Shown here piece by piece: positions 46,241 to 56,121 of a stretch of DNA of 56,121 bases. The notes below the pieces were generated by a model. It did no database searches. It was not told where the DNA came from and was given only the letters and a program-made list of their open reading frames with translations. Position 1 is the first letter of the stretch. The number at the start of each line of letters is the position of its first letter. A program made the position numbers and the translations under genes. The stretch spans positions 1-56,121 of the forward strand of contig JAHECB010000001.1 of assembly GCA_024641925.1 (NCBI GenBank), written 5' to 3'. The DNA comes from Betaproteobacteria bacterium (GTDB taxonomy: Bacteria > Pseudomonadota > Gammaproteobacteria > Burkholderiales > Burkholderiaceae_C).

Positions 46241-47126
46241 CGCCTTGCTGGGTGCTGAGGCGGCGGCCGAAGAGCCAGCCGAACCCGCCGCCACACCGCT
46301 GCTGCGCCGGGCGCTGGGCCACAAGAGTTTTGTCGTGGGTGCGCTGCTGACGGCGCTGATGGCAGCGGCGGCGCTGTTGTCCCTGGTGTGGACACCCTAC
46401 GCGGTCGAGGCCATCGACATCCCGTCCAAGCTGCAGGGGCCCAGCATCGCCCATTGGCTGGGCACCGACAGCCTGGGACGCGACATCGCGTCGCAGCTGC
46501 TGGTGGGCGCACAGAACAGCATCATGGTGGGCTTGATCGCCGTGGGTATCGGCCTGGTCCTGGGCGTGAGCCTGGGCTGTATCGCAGCGGCCAAACGCGG
46601 CTGGGTGGAAGAACTGCTGATGCGCGCCAGCGACTTTGCCTTCGCCTTCCCGGCGCTGCTGACGGCCATCATGCTGACTGCCATCTACGGCCCGGGCCTG
46701 GTGATGAGCATCGTGGCCATCGGCATCTTCAACGTACCGGTGTTTGCACGCATCACACGCGGTGCGGCCAAGGCCGTGTGGACACGTGAATACATCACCG
46801 CGGCACGCGCGGCCAGCAAGGGGCCTCTGGCCATCACGCTGGACCACGTGTTGCCCAACATCGCCAGCCCCCTGATCGTGCAGGCCAGCATCAGCTTCGC
46901 CACCGCCATCCTGGCCGAAGCCGCGCTGTCCTATCTGGGTCTGGGCACACAACCGCCGCAGCCCAGTTGGGGGCGCATGTTGAACGAAGCCCAGACACAG
47001 ATGTTCCAGGCGCCGCTGCTGGCGGTCTACCCGGGTGTGGCGATCATGCTGTCGGTGCTGGGACTGAACCTGATGGGCGACGGCCTGCGCGACCTGATGG
47101 ACCCCAAACTGGCGCGTCAGCGCTGA
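46233..47126 (+). CDS. Dpp/Opp ABC permease (DppC-like)
   Basis: HWLGTD.LGRD, EY..AARA, HVLPN, EAALSYLGLG, NLMGDGLRD.MDP. Confidence 0.93.
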   Translation: MADALLGAEAAAEEPAEPAATPLLRRALGHKSFVVGALLTALMAAAALLSLVWTPYAVEAIDIPSKLQGPSIAHWLGTDSLGRDIASQLLVGAQNSIMVGLIAVGIGLVLGVSLGCIAAAKRGWVEELLMRASDFAFAFPALLTAIMLTAIYGPGLVMSIVAIGIFNVPVFARITRGAAKAVWTREYITAARAASKGPLAITLDHVLPNIASPLIVQASISFATAILAEAALSYLGLGTQPPQPSWGRMLNEAQTQMFQAPLLAVYPGVAIMLSVLGLNLMGDGLRDLMDPKLARQR

Positions 47127-47225
47127 ACAAACACACCCCATCAGCGCGGACATCAAACCGCCCCACACGGCACCCGCCGCCGCCAGTTCGTACACTGCGG
47201 GGCTCAATACTCAAAAGGGGGTGCC

Positions 47226-47900
47226 ATGCACATCGATTTTGTTTCTGACGTGGCCTGCCCTTGGTGCGCCGTGGGTTTGAATTCTCTGGAAATCGCGCTG
47301 AAGGCCTTGGGGCCCGATGCGCAACCGGAACTGCACTTCCAGCCCTTCGAGCTGAACCCCGACATGCCGCCCGAGGGCGCCGATGCTGCCGAATACCTGA
47401 AAGCCAAGTACGGCATGGGCGACGCGCAACTGGCGCAGAACCGCAACAACATCCGCGAACGGGGCAAGGCCGTGGGTTTTGAGTTTGGTCATCGCGCCCA
47501 TGTCTGGAACACCTTTGAAGCCCACCGCCTGCTGCACTGGGCCGGCCTTGAAGACGCCAAGACACCCGGCAGCAGCCAACAGCGTGCGCTGAAACATGCA
47601 CTGCTCCAGGCTTACCACGGCGAAGGCCGCAACCCTGGTGCACACGACGTCTTGCTGGAACTGGCGCAAGCCGTGGGCCTGGATGGCCAACGCGCCGCCG
47701 AGGTGCTGGCCGGTGACGAGTACGCGCTGGACGTGCGGGCTGCCGAGCAGGACTGGCAGCGCGCGGGCATCCAGTCGGTGCCCGCCATCGTCATCAACCG
47801 GCGGCACCTGATCTCGGGCGGCCAGCCGCCCGAGGTGTTCGAGCGTGCCTTGCGCCAGATTGCGGCCGAAAGTGAAGGGGCTCCAGCCGCCGCCGATTGA
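47226..47900 (+). CDS. DsbA/FrnE family oxidoreductase
   Basis: DFVSDVACPWC, PFELNP, NTFEAHRLL, GIQSVP, SGGQP. Confidence 0.92.
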   Translation: MHIDFVSDVACPWCAVGLNSLEIALKALGPDAQPELHFQPFELNPDMPPEGADAAEYLKAKYGMGDAQLAQNRNNIRERGKAVGFEFGHRAHVWNTFEAHRLLHWAGLEDAKTPGSSQQRALKHALLQAYHGEGRNPGAHDVLLELAQAVGLDGQRAAEVLAGDEYALDVRAAEQDWQRAGIQSVPAIVINRRHLISGGQPPEVFERALRQIAAESEGAPAAAD

Positions 47901-47908
47901 AGTGCCTG

Positions 47909-48739
47909 ATGGGATTTCACCCGACGCGCCCTGCGCACCACTGGCCGTCACGGCGGCGCCTGCTGCGTGTTGCTGCAGCTGGCATGGCGTGGGGTCCGGC
48001 ATGCGGCTGGACTGCAACCGGAACACCGGCGCTGACCGTGGCTGCTGCCAGTGACCTGCGCTGGTTCGGTGAAGACCTGAAACAAGCACTGGCCGGCAGC
48101 GCCGGCGCAGCGGACGTTCAGTTCATCTATGGCGCTTCGGGCAAGCTCAGCACGCAACTGCGCCACGGTGCGCCGTTTGACGTGTTCCTGTCGGCGGACG
48201 TCGAATACGCCCAGCAACTCTTCGACGAAGGCCTGTGCCTGGGGCCACCCACGGCCTATGCGCAGGGCCGGCTGGCCCTGGTCAGCCGCGACAAGGGCCT
48301 GCTGTCGCCGGATCTGGGGGCCCTGGTTCGTGACCCCCGGGTGCAACGGCTGGCCATCGCCAACCCTGAACACGCACCCTATGGCCGGCGCGCAAAAGAA
48401 GCCTTGATGCACCTGGGCGTGTGGAACGTGGCCGGTCCCAAGCTGGTGCTGGGCGACAACGTGGCGCAGGCGTTGCAGTTTGTCGACAGTGGCGCGGCGC
48501 AGGCGGGGCTGGTGGCCGGTTCACTGCTGATGGCGCCGGCCTTACACGGCCGGCTGTTTTCGCTGCCTGTGCCGGCAGCCTGGCATGCGCCGCTGAACCA
48601 GGCCGCGGTGGTGATGAAGCGGGCCACGGCAGCGGCAAGGCCAAAGGCCGTGGAACTCATCGCCTATCTGCTGTCCGAGCGCGGTCAGGCGCTGCTGCAG
48701 CGCCACGGCTTTGCAGCCCCTGCGCAGCGGCGCCCATGA
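47909..48739 (+). CDS. modA: Molybdate ABC substrate-binding protein
   Basis: AAASDL, GASGKL, GAPFDVFLSAD, AIANP..APYG, GDNVAQA; start uncertain. Confidence 0.92.
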   Translation: MGFHPTRPAHHWPSRRRLLRVAAAGMAWGPACGWTATGTPALTVAAASDLRWFGEDLKQALAGSAGAADVQFIYGASGKLSTQLRHGAPFDVFLSADVEYAQQLFDEGLCLGPPTAYAQGRLALVSRDKGLLSPDLGALVRDPRVQRLAIANPEHAPYGRRAKEALMHLGVWNVAGPKLVLGDNVAQALQFVDSGAAQAGLVAGSLLMAPALHGRLFSLPVPAAWHAPLNQAAVVMKRATAAARPKAVELIAYLLSERGQALLQRHGFAAPAQRRP

Positions 48740-49425
48740 CCTTGCCGGGACTGAGTGACGGCGACGCCCAGGCCCTGGGCGTGACCTTGCGACTGGCCGC
48801 CACCACCACCGTCGTGCTGCTGCTGCTGGGCACTCCGCTGGCCTGGTGGCTGGCCCGTACCCGTTCGCGCGTGGCGCCGTGGTTAGAGGCCCTGGTGGCC
48901 TTGCCACTGGTGCTGCCACCCACGGTACTGGGCTTTTACCTGCTGGTCTGGCTGGGGCCGCAGGGCAGTCTGGGCGCCGGACTGAAGGCCTTGAAGCTGC
49001 CGCCGCTGGTGTTCAGCTTCTGGGGCCTGGTGCTGGCGTCGGTGATCAGTTCCTTGCCGTTCATGGTGCAACCGCTGCGGGACGCCTTTGCCAACATCTC
49101 GCCGCGCCTGCTGGACGCCGCCGCCACGATGCGGGCCGGTCCGGTGGACCGGTTTTTCAGCGTGGTCTGGCCGCTGTCGCGGGCGGGCTGGTTGTCGGCA
49201 CTGACACTGACCTTTGCACACACGGTGGGCGAATTCGGCGTCGTGCTGATGGTGGGGGGCAACATCCCGGGCGCCACGCGTGTGCTGTCCATCGCCATCT
49301 ACGACCATACCGAGTCACTGAACTACGGCGCGGCGCATGTGCTGTCGGGCCTGCTGCTGCTGAGCGCTTTTGCAGCCTTGCTGCTGCTGCACGGCGCGCA
49401 GCGTCGCCGCGTGTCCAGCTCATGA
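48736..49425 (+). CDS. modB: Molybdate ABC permease
   Basis: LPLVLPPTVLGFYLL, SLPFMVQP, FAHTVGEFG, GGNIPG. Confidence 0.94.
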   Translation: MTLPGLSDGDAQALGVTLRLAATTTVVLLLLGTPLAWWLARTRSRVAPWLEALVALPLVLPPTVLGFYLLVWLGPQGSLGAGLKALKLPPLVFSFWGLVLASVISSLPFMVQPLRDAFANISPRLLDAAATMRAGPVDRFFSVVWPLSRAGWLSALTLTFAHTVGEFGVVLMVGGNIPGATRVLSIAIYDHTESLNYGAAHVLSGLLLLSAFAALLLLHGAQRRRVSSS

Positions 49426-50492
49426 TCGAAGCGCGGTTTCAACTGCAGCAGGGCAGCTTCACGCTGGAGGTGGACCTGGCGCTGCCGGGACAGGGCATCA
49501 CCGTGCTGCTGGGGCCTTCGGGCAGCGGCAAGACCACCCTGCTGCGCTGCCTGGCAGGCCTGCAGCGTGCACCGTCGGGTCGTCTGGTGGTGGGCAGGCA
49601 AACCTGGCAGGACGGCGGCGTTTTTGTACCGCCACACCAGCGCGCCTTGGGCATGGTGTTTCAGGATGCACAGCTGTTTCCGCATTTGACGGTTCAGGGC
49701 AATCTGGACTACGGCCGCCGCCGCGCTGGCACCGCAGCGGCCAGCGTGTCGCCGACCGTCGAACTGCTGGGCCTGCGCGACCTGCTGGCGCGTCGGCCCG
49801 ACAGCCTGTCCGGCGGCGAACGCCAGCGGGTGGCGATTGCGCGCGCGCTGGTGATGGCGCCACAGCTGCTGCTGATGGACGAACCGCTGGCCGCGCTGGA
49901 CCCGCAACGCAAGCTGGACATCCTGCCCTACCTGGACCGCCTGCAGGACGAGCTGACGCTGCCCATCGTCTACGTCACCCATGCCGTCAGCGAAGCGGCC
50001 AGGCTGGCCGACCATGTGGTGCTGCTCGACCAAGGGCGCGTGACCACCCAGGGCGCGTTGCAGACGCTGCTGACACAGCCTGGCTTTGCGTTGACCCAGG
50101 ACGAAGACGCCGGCGTCGTGCTGTCGGGCACCGTGACCGAACGAGACGCCGCCTGGCAACTGGTGCGGGTGGACTGCAGCGGTGCCCCGCTCTGGACCCG
50201 CGACGCCGGCCATGCGCTGGGCCAGCGGCTGCGTGTCCGGTTGGCCGCGCGTGATGTCAGCCTGAGCCTGACCGAACAGACGGGCAGCAGCGTCGTCAAC
50301 CAGCTGCCCGGCGTCGTCCAGGCCTTGCTGCCCGACCGGCACCCTGCGGTCACCCTCGCCGTGGTGCGGCTGGGTGTCGCGGGCGACGGCGAGCAGGTGC
50401 TGGCACGGCTGACGCGGCAATCGGTGTCGCGCCTGGGTCTGGCGGTGGCGCAGCCCGTCTGGGTGCAGGTGAAGTCGATGGCCCTGCTGTGA
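49422..50492 (+). CDS. modC: Molybdate ABC ATPase
   Basis: GPSGSGKT, LSGGERQR, LMDEPLAALD, YVTH, C-terminal ARDVSL..VQVK (MOP/TOBE). Confidence 0.94.
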   Translation: MIEARFQLQQGSFTLEVDLALPGQGITVLLGPSGSGKTTLLRCLAGLQRAPSGRLVVGRQTWQDGGVFVPPHQRALGMVFQDAQLFPHLTVQGNLDYGRRRAGTAAASVSPTVELLGLRDLLARRPDSLSGGERQRVAIARALVMAPQLLLMDEPLAALDPQRKLDILPYLDRLQDELTLPIVYVTHAVSEAARLADHVVLLDQGRVTTQGALQTLLTQPGFALTQDEDAGVVLSGTVTERDAAWQLVRVDCSGAPLWTRDAGHALGQRLRVRLAARDVSLSLTEQTGSSVVNQLPGVVQALLPDRHPAVTLAVVRLGVAGDGEQVLARLTRQSVSRLGLAVAQPVWVQVKSMALL

Positions 50493-50587
50493 GGGCCACA
50501 ACGGGGTGGCGCCGATGCGCAGCGCAGATGCCCAGCACAGACGCTGCGCTATCGTCAGCTCCCACCGACCCGCGGACACCTGTTTAC

Positions 50588-51595
50588 ATGGCCCTGCTCG
50601 ACGTCAACAACCTGCACGTCACGCTGCCCACCGCTCGCGGTCCGGCGGTTGCGTTGCGGGGGGTCAGTCTGTCGCTGGACGCCGGACAGACCGCAGGCCT
50701 GATCGGCGAGTCCGGCTGCGGCAAGAGCCTCACGGCGCTGGCCATCCTGGGCCTGCTGCCCGAATCGGCGGTGGTGTCGGGCTCGATCGTGTTTGACGGC
50801 CAGGAGCTGATCGGTCAGTCCGAGCCGGCGCTGTGCGCACTGCGCGGCAGCCGCATCGGCATGGTTTTCCAGGAACCGATGACCGCCCTGAACCCCCTGC
50901 ACACCATCGGCGCGCAGGTGGCCGAGCCCCTGCGTCTGCACCGGGGGCTGAATCGCAAGGCCGCCCGCGCGCAAGCGCTGCGCCTGCTGGACAAGGTGCA
51001 ATTGCCGCAGGCCGCGCAGCGCCTGGACGCCTATCCGCACCAGTTGTCGGGCGGCCAGCGCCAACGGGTGGTCATTGCCATGGCGCTGGCCTGCGGACCC
51101 CAGCTGCTGCTGGCCGACGAACCCACCACCGCGCTGGACGTGACGCTGCAACGCGACGTGCTCAAGCTCATCACGGACCTGGTGGCCGATGATGGCATGG
51201 CGCTGCTGCTGATCAGCCACGACCTGGGCGTGATGGCCGACACCGTGCAACGGGTGATGGTCATGTATGCCGGTCTGGTGATTGAACAAGGCCCGACGGC
51301 ATCCCTCTTTCAACGCCTGGCGCACCCCTACACCCGCGGCCTGTTTGCAGCCCGTCCGCAACGCGGGCTGGCCCGCGGCACCCGGCTGCACACCATTGAA
51401 GGGCGGGTGCCCGACATCACCCGCATGCCCGCCGGCTGCGCGTTTTCGCCACGCTGCGACCGCGCCAGCACGGCTTGTGTTGCATCGCTGCCGTTGGCAG
51501 TTGCCGTCGGCGAAGGCCATGACACACGCTGTCTGCACCCCCACGTCCCGCCCGCGCCGGCCGCACACCAGCGGGCGATTCACGTCGATGCCTGA
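50588..51595 (+). CDS. Dpp/Opp ABC ATPase (DppD-like)
   Basis: [40 protein letters not shown]. Confidence 0.94.
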   Translation: MALLDVNNLHVTLPTARGPAVALRGVSLSLDAGQTAGLIGESGCGKSLTALAILGLLPESAVVSGSIVFDGQELIGQSEPALCALRGSRIGMVFQEPMTALNPLHTIGAQVAEPLRLHRGLNRKAARAQALRLLDKVQLPQAAQRLDAYPHQLSGGQRQRVVIAMALACGPQLLLADEPTTALDVTLQRDVLKLITDLVADDGMALLLISHDLGVMADTVQRVMVMYAGLVIEQGPTASLFQRLAHPYTRGLFAARPQRGLARGTRLHTIEGRVPDITRMPAGCAFSPRCDRASTACVASLPLAVAVGEGHDTRCLHPHVPPAPAAHQRAIHVDA

Positions 51596-52421
51596 ACCCG
51601 GCCCCAGCGCAGGCGCACCACCCCTGCTGGCGGTGCAAGGCCTGAGCAAGCGCTACAGCTTGCCACGCGAACATCTGCTGTCGCGGCCTCCATCCGTGCT
51701 GGCGCTGCAGGACGTGAGCTTCACGCTGCACGCGGGCAAGAGCCTGGGCGTGGTGGGCGAATCGGGCTCGGGCAAGAGCACATTGGCTCGCCTGGTGATG
51801 GCACTGGAAATGCCCACGGCCGGCAGCGTGCTGCTGCAAGGCGCCGACCTGCACCGGCTGGACGCCGCCGCCCTGCGCAGCGCACGCACGGCCGTACAGA
51901 TGGTGTTCCAGGACCCGTATGGGTCGCTGGACCCGCGCCGCACGGTGCTGCAAACCGTCGCCGAGCCCCTGGCCGTGCTGCTGGGTGCAGGCGCTGAAGA
52001 ACAGCGCACACGCGCCCAGCAGGCGCTGGAAGCCGTGGGCCTGCGCCGCACCGACCTGGCCAAGTACCCGCATGAATTTTCAGGCGGCCAGCGGCAGCGC
52101 ATCGCCATTGCGCGCGCCTTGATCACGCGGCCCAAGCTCATCGTCGCCGACGAACCCGTCAGCGCGCTGGACGTTTCCGTCCAAGCCCAGGTTCTGAACC
52201 TGATGCAGGACCTGCAGGACCAGATGGGCCTGACCTTCCTGTTCATCAGCCACGACCTGGCGGTGGTGGACCTCGTGTGCGACGACGTCATCGTGCTGCA
52301 CCAGGGCCGCGTGGTGGAACAAGGTGCCACCGATGCCGTCTTCAACCAGCCGCAACATCCGTACACACAACGCTTGCTAGCGGCCGTGCCCGGGGCGCCA
52401 CAAGGGGACCCTGCATCATGA
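51588..52421 (+). CDS. Dpp/Opp ABC ATPase (DppF-like)
   Basis: GESGSGKS, FQDPYGSLDP, YPHEFSGGQRQR, DEPVSALD, HPYT. Confidence 0.94.
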   Translation: MPEPGPSAGAPPLLAVQGLSKRYSLPREHLLSRPPSVLALQDVSFTLHAGKSLGVVGESGSGKSTLARLVMALEMPTAGSVLLQGADLHRLDAAALRSARTAVQMVFQDPYGSLDPRRTVLQTVAEPLAVLLGAGAEEQRTRAQQALEAVGLRRTDLAKYPHEFSGGQRQRIAIARALITRPKLIVADEPVSALDVSVQAQVLNLMQDLQDQMGLTFLFISHDLAVVDLVCDDVIVLHQGRVVEQGATDAVFNQPQHPYTQRLLAAVPGAPQGDPAS

Positions 52422-52585
52422 GCCCCGGCGGCCGTGGCGGCGCTGCGGCGCTGGCCCCATTGGGCGACTGCCCCCAGCGTCCCCTGACTTCATCAGGAAG
52501 GCACGAAGGTTACGGGTTGTGCCACCCCCTTTGCAGCGTGCCCATTTGTCGCAGAATGCAGGTGACTTGACTGCGAGAGCAACCC

Positions 52586-54103
52586 ATGAAACTGACCCGA
52601 CGCGACATCAACACCCTGCTGATCGGCGCACCCCTGGCAGGCACGCTGCAACCAGCGCTGGCGCGGTCCTCGAAAGATGCCGTGACGCTGGCCATGGTGC
52701 TGGAGCCTACCGGCCTGGACCCTACCGTCGCCGCGGCAGCGGCCATCGGTGAAGTGGTGCACTACAACGTGCTGGAAGGCCTGACCAAGATCGGCATGGA
52801 CGGCAGCGTGACGCCGCTGCTGGCCGAACGCTGGAGCCAGACGCCCGACGGCAAGACCTACACCTTCACCCTGCGCAAAGGTGTGAAGTTTTCGGACGGC
52901 GCCGTGCTCGACGCCAGCGCCGTGAAATTCAGCTTTGAACGCGCCAAGGCGCCGGGCAGCACCAACAAGGCCAAGAAGGCGGTGTTCGACAACATCTCCA
53001 GCGTGGTCACCCCGGACGCCCATACGGTCATTCTGGTGCTGAACAATGCCGACGCCTTGTTGCCCTTTCGCCTGGGCGAAAACACCGCCGTCATCCTGCA
53101 CCCGACCAGCGTAGCCCAGGCGACAACACGGCCCGTGGGTACCGGGCCCTATGTGGTGTCGAACTGGGCCAAGGGCTCCGCTGTCACATTGACCGCATGG
53201 GACGGCTACCGCGACGCCGCAAAAGTGGCCATCAAGAAGGTCACCTTCCGCTTCATCAACGACCCGGCGGCCCAGGTGGCGGCGCTGCTGGCGGGCGACG
53301 TTGACGGCATTCCGCGATTCGGTGCACTGCAGGCCCTGAAGCAGTTTCAGGGCGACAAACGCTTCACGGTTGAAATCGGCAGCACCTCGGGCAAGGGCAT
53401 CCTGGCCATCAACAACCGCAAGGCACCACTGAACGACGTGCGTGTGCGCCGCGCCATCGGACACGCCATCGACCGCAAGGCTTTCATCGATGGCGCCCAG
53501 GAAGGCCTGGGCAAGCCCATCGGCAGCCACTTTGCACCCACCGACCTGGGTTATCTGGACCTGACCAAGCAGTCGGCCTACGACCCCGACAAGGCCAAGG
53601 CGCTGCTGCGCGAAGCCGGCGCCACCATCCCGCTGGCGCTGACACTGACTTTGCCGCCGCCTCAGTACGCGCGCAAAGGCGGCGAGATCATCGCGGCACA
53701 ACTGGCGCAGGTGGGCATACGCGCGAAGATTGAAAACGTCGAATGGGCACAGTGGTTGTCGGGGCCCTTCAAGGGCAACTTCGACCTCACCATCATCAAC
53801 CACGTCGAACCGCTGGACTACGCCACGGCCTACGCCAACCCCGACTACTACTTCGGCTACGACAGCGCCAAGTTCCGCGGTCTGGTTTCAACTCTGGCCG
53901 CCACCAGCAACCCGGCAGAAAAGGCCCGGCTGTGGCGCGACATCCAGCGGCAACTGGCCGACGACGCCGTCAACGCCTATGTGTGGAACCCCGCCCAGGT
54001 GGCGGTATTCAAGCGCGGACTGCGCGGCCTGTGGAACAGCTCGCCCATCTTTGCCAACGACATGGCGGCGGTGAGCTGGGCCACGGCCACGGCAGCCCGC
54101 TGA
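52586..54103 (+). CDS. ABC substrate-binding protein family 5 (DppA-like), twin-Arg-like signal
   Basis: TRRD, EP.GLDP, LA.RW..T.DGKTYTF.LR.GVKF.DG, GTGPY, VRRAI..AIDR. Confidence 0.93.
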   Translation: MKLTRRDINTLLIGAPLAGTLQPALARSSKDAVTLAMVLEPTGLDPTVAAAAAIGEVVHYNVLEGLTKIGMDGSVTPLLAERWSQTPDGKTYTFTLRKGVKFSDGAVLDASAVKFSFERAKAPGSTNKAKKAVFDNISSVVTPDAHTVILVLNNADALLPFRLGENTAVILHPTSVAQATTRPVGTGPYVVSNWAKGSAVTLTAWDGYRDAAKVAIKKVTFRFINDPAAQVAALLAGDVDGIPRFGALQALKQFQGDKRFTVEIGSTSGKGILAINNRKAPLNDVRVRRAIGHAIDRKAFIDGAQEGLGKPIGSHFAPTDLGYLDLTKQSAYDPDKAKALLREAGATIPLALTLTLPPPQYARKGGEIIAAQLAQVGIRAKIENVEWAQWLSGPFKGNFDLTIINHVEPLDYATAYANPDYYFGYDSAKFRGLVSTLAATSNPAEKARLWRDIQRQLADDAVNAYVWNPAQVAVFKRGLRGLWNSSPIFANDMAAVSWATATAAR

Positions 54104-54130
54104 CCCACAGGGCGCTGGATTCACCCTGCC

Positions 54131-54610
54131 ATGAGCCGAGCCACCATCACCCGGCTGTACGACGCCTTTGCGCAGTTGGACGCGGCCACCATGGCAGCCT
54201 GTTATGCACCGCAAGCCAAATTTGACGATGAGGCGTTTTCGCTGCGCGGCCGCGACCAGATCGGCGCCATGTGGCGCATGCTGTGCGAGGCCACGGCCAC
54301 CAAAGGCATGGCGCACTGGCGATTGCAAGCCAGCGACATCACCGAACGTTCCGCGCATTGGGAAGCCCATTACCTGTTCAGCAGCGCCGGCCGGCTGGTA
54401 CACAACAAGATCGATGCTGAATTTGAATTCGACAGCAGCGGCCTGATCACACGTCACGTTGACCGTTTCGATTTCTGGGCCTGGTCGCGCCAGGCGCTGG
54501 GGGCGCCGGGCTTCTGGCTCGGCTGGACCCCGTGGTTGCGGGCCAAGGTGCGTGTGCAGGCGGCCAGCAACCTGAGCAAGTACATGGCCGCCAAAGGCAT
54601 CTCTGCATGA
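54131..54610 (+). CDS. NTF2/SnoaL-like protein
   Basis: Y.AF..LD..M..CY...A.F.D, MW.ML, HWEA.Y.F, GR.VHN, I..H.D.F. Confidence 0.85.
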   Translation: MSRATITRLYDAFAQLDAATMAACYAPQAKFDDEAFSLRGRDQIGAMWRMLCEATATKGMAHWRLQASDITERSAHWEAHYLFSSAGRLVHNKIDAEFEFDSSGLITRHVDRFDFWAWSRQALGAPGFWLGWTPWLRAKVRVQAASNLSKYMAAKGISA

Positions 54611-56031
54611 AAAACATCCACAACCTGTCCGCCGTCGAACTGGGCCGGGCCTACCGGGCCGGTAGCCTGTCGCCGGTGGAAGTGACCCGCGCGCTCATCG
54701 CCCATGTGCAGCGCTGGGAACCCCACCTGAGCGCCACCTGGGCCTTTGAACCCGAACAGGCGCTGACCATGGCACGGCAGTCCGAACAACGCTGGCAACG
54801 CGGGCAGCCGTTGGGGGCACTGGACGGCGTGCCCATCACCCTGAAAGAAAACATCGCCACACGCGGCCATGCCATGCCGGTGGGTACGGCGGCCACCGTG
54901 CTGAAACCCTATGCCGACGACGCACCACCGGCCGCGCGGCTGCGTGAAGCCGGCACCGTGCTGCTGAGCAAGACCACCATGCCGGACTACGGCATGCTGT
55001 CGTCAGGCCTGTCCAGCTTTCATGGCATCACGCGCAACCCCTGGGACCTGGGCAAGGCACCGGGCGGCAGCAGCAGCGGCGCCGGTGCCGCGGCGGCGGC
55101 AGGTTATGGGCCCTTGCACCTGGGCACCGATATTGGCGGCTCGGTTCGGCTGCCGGCTGGCTGGTGTGGTGTGGTGGGGTTCAAGCCCAGCAACGGCCGT
55201 GTGCCCATCCAGCCACCGTTCATCGGCCGCGTGGCCGGGCCGCTGACCCGCACCGTGGCCGATACCGCGCTGATGATGGCGGTGCTCAGCCAGCCCGACG
55301 CACGCGACACCATGTCGCTGCCGCACGAGGCGCTGGACTGGCTGGCCGACACAGGCGACCAGGCCCCCGAACCCAGCCGTGTCCTGCGCGGCCTGAAGGT
55401 GGGCCTGTGGACAGACGCCGGCTGGGGCATGCCTGTGGATGCCGACGTCATGGCCGCCATCCAGGCCGTGGCGAGACAGTTGCAAGCCGCCGGCGCCGAC
55501 ATCGTCGAATTGCCGAGTTTTGCCACGCCGGACATGGCCGACGGCATCAACCGCTTCTGGCGCCTGCGTTCTTACCTGGACATCCAGGCCCTGAGCGGCG
55601 AACAGCGCCAGCGTGTGCTGCCCTTCATCCGCGCCTGGGTGGCCGATGCCGAGGGCTACAGCGCCGCCGTGGCCTACCAGTCGTTTGCGCAGATCGGCGC
55701 CATGCGCGAGGCCACCGTCGCCGCCTGCCAGCCGTTTGACGTGGTGCTGTCGCCGGTGGCGCCGGGCTCGGCTTTTCCCGCCGACTGGGCCATGCCCACC
55801 AACGACCCCCAGCGCGCCATGGACCACATCGGTTTCACGCTGCCATTCAACATGAGCGAGCAGCCGGCCATCAGCGTGCCTTGTGGCTTCACCACGCAGG
55901 GACTGCCCATCGGTGTGCAGATCGCGGGCCGACGCCACGACGACCTGGGTGTGCTGCGTGTGGCGCGGGCTTTTGAGCGCTTGCGTGATTCGGCAACCCC
56001 GGCGCGCGACTGGCCCTTGCCACCCGGCTGA
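54607..56031 (+). CDS. Amidase signature family enzyme
   Basis: GVPITLKE (Lys), PGGSSSG, GTDIGGSVRLPA. Confidence 0.95.
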   Translation: MKNIHNLSAVELGRAYRAGSLSPVEVTRALIAHVQRWEPHLSATWAFEPEQALTMARQSEQRWQRGQPLGALDGVPITLKENIATRGHAMPVGTAATVLKPYADDAPPAARLREAGTVLLSKTTMPDYGMLSSGLSSFHGITRNPWDLGKAPGGSSSGAGAAAAAGYGPLHLGTDIGGSVRLPAGWCGVVGFKPSNGRVPIQPPFIGRVAGPLTRTVADTALMMAVLSQPDARDTMSLPHEALDWLADTGDQAPEPSRVLRGLKVGLWTDAGWGMPVDADVMAAIQAVARQLQAAGADIVELPSFATPDMADGINRFWRLRSYLDIQALSGEQRQRVLPFIRAWVADAEGYSAAVAYQSFAQIGAMREATVAACQPFDVVLSPVAPGSAFPADWAMPTNDPQRAMDHIGFTLPFNMSEQPAISVPCGFTTQGLPIGVQIAGRRHDDLGVLRVARAFERLRDSATPARDWPLPPG

Positions 56032-56037
56032 AGCACC

Positions 56038-56121
56038 ATGCACCAGGACGCTCGTGGCAACCCCTGCGGTAGCGGCGTGGCGGCCGCGCGCGACGCTGCC
56101 GAGCAGGCGCTGTGGCGCATG
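56038..56121 (+). CDS. N-terminus of next CDS (partial; possibly TPR/TTC38-like)
   Basis: ATG 6 nt after amidase stop, open to edge: MHQDARGNPCGSGVAAARDAAEQALWRM; family call is from recall only. Confidence 0.55.
   Translation, partial: MHQDARGNPCGSGVAAARDAAEQALWRM

Noticed and set aside
52499-52513. Sigma54-like GGCACG element upstream of the SBP gene
   Set aside because: The -12 position reads AC instead of the required GC

Overview
GC-rich chromosomal window from a Burkholderiales betaproteobacterium, probably the Rubrivivax/Ideonella/Aquabacterium group (inferred from gene order and protein style). It is mostly core and metabolic. It starts with the 5' end of tuf and the tRNA-Tyr/Gly/Thr cluster, then the trp cluster (gph-trpE-trpG...ltaE-trpD-orf-trpC-ung), rpe/apaG, and an Lrp with a fused indolepyruvate:ferredoxin oxidoreductase. 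It continues with a decayed NUDIX pseudogene, LysR/tyrB, lplT/alr, arfB, a sigma54-type PEP-CTERM gene, radA, ilvE, a divergent pullulanase/alpha-amylase pair and a Rep-like helicase. It ends with a LytS/LytTR module, an NhaR-like/Rrf2 divergon, and a Dpp-type ABC/amidase cluster interrupted by frnE-modABC. I saw no IS, integrase, prophage, rRNA or CRISPR array. The best candidates for something undescribed are: (1) a stand-alone GyrB/ParE TOPRIM-tail protein with its catalytic acidic residues intact but no ATPase, lying antisense inside the trp cluster; (2) an unannotated, apparently leaderless Trp-containing leader peptide upstream of trpE with no intrinsic terminator; (3) a cysteine-free IscR paralog divergent from an NhaR-like regulator; (4) a basic tandem AP2-like orphan; (5) a window-wide pattern of -10 boxes 6-9 nt from start codons. 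All family calls come from motif recognition by eye; no searches were run.
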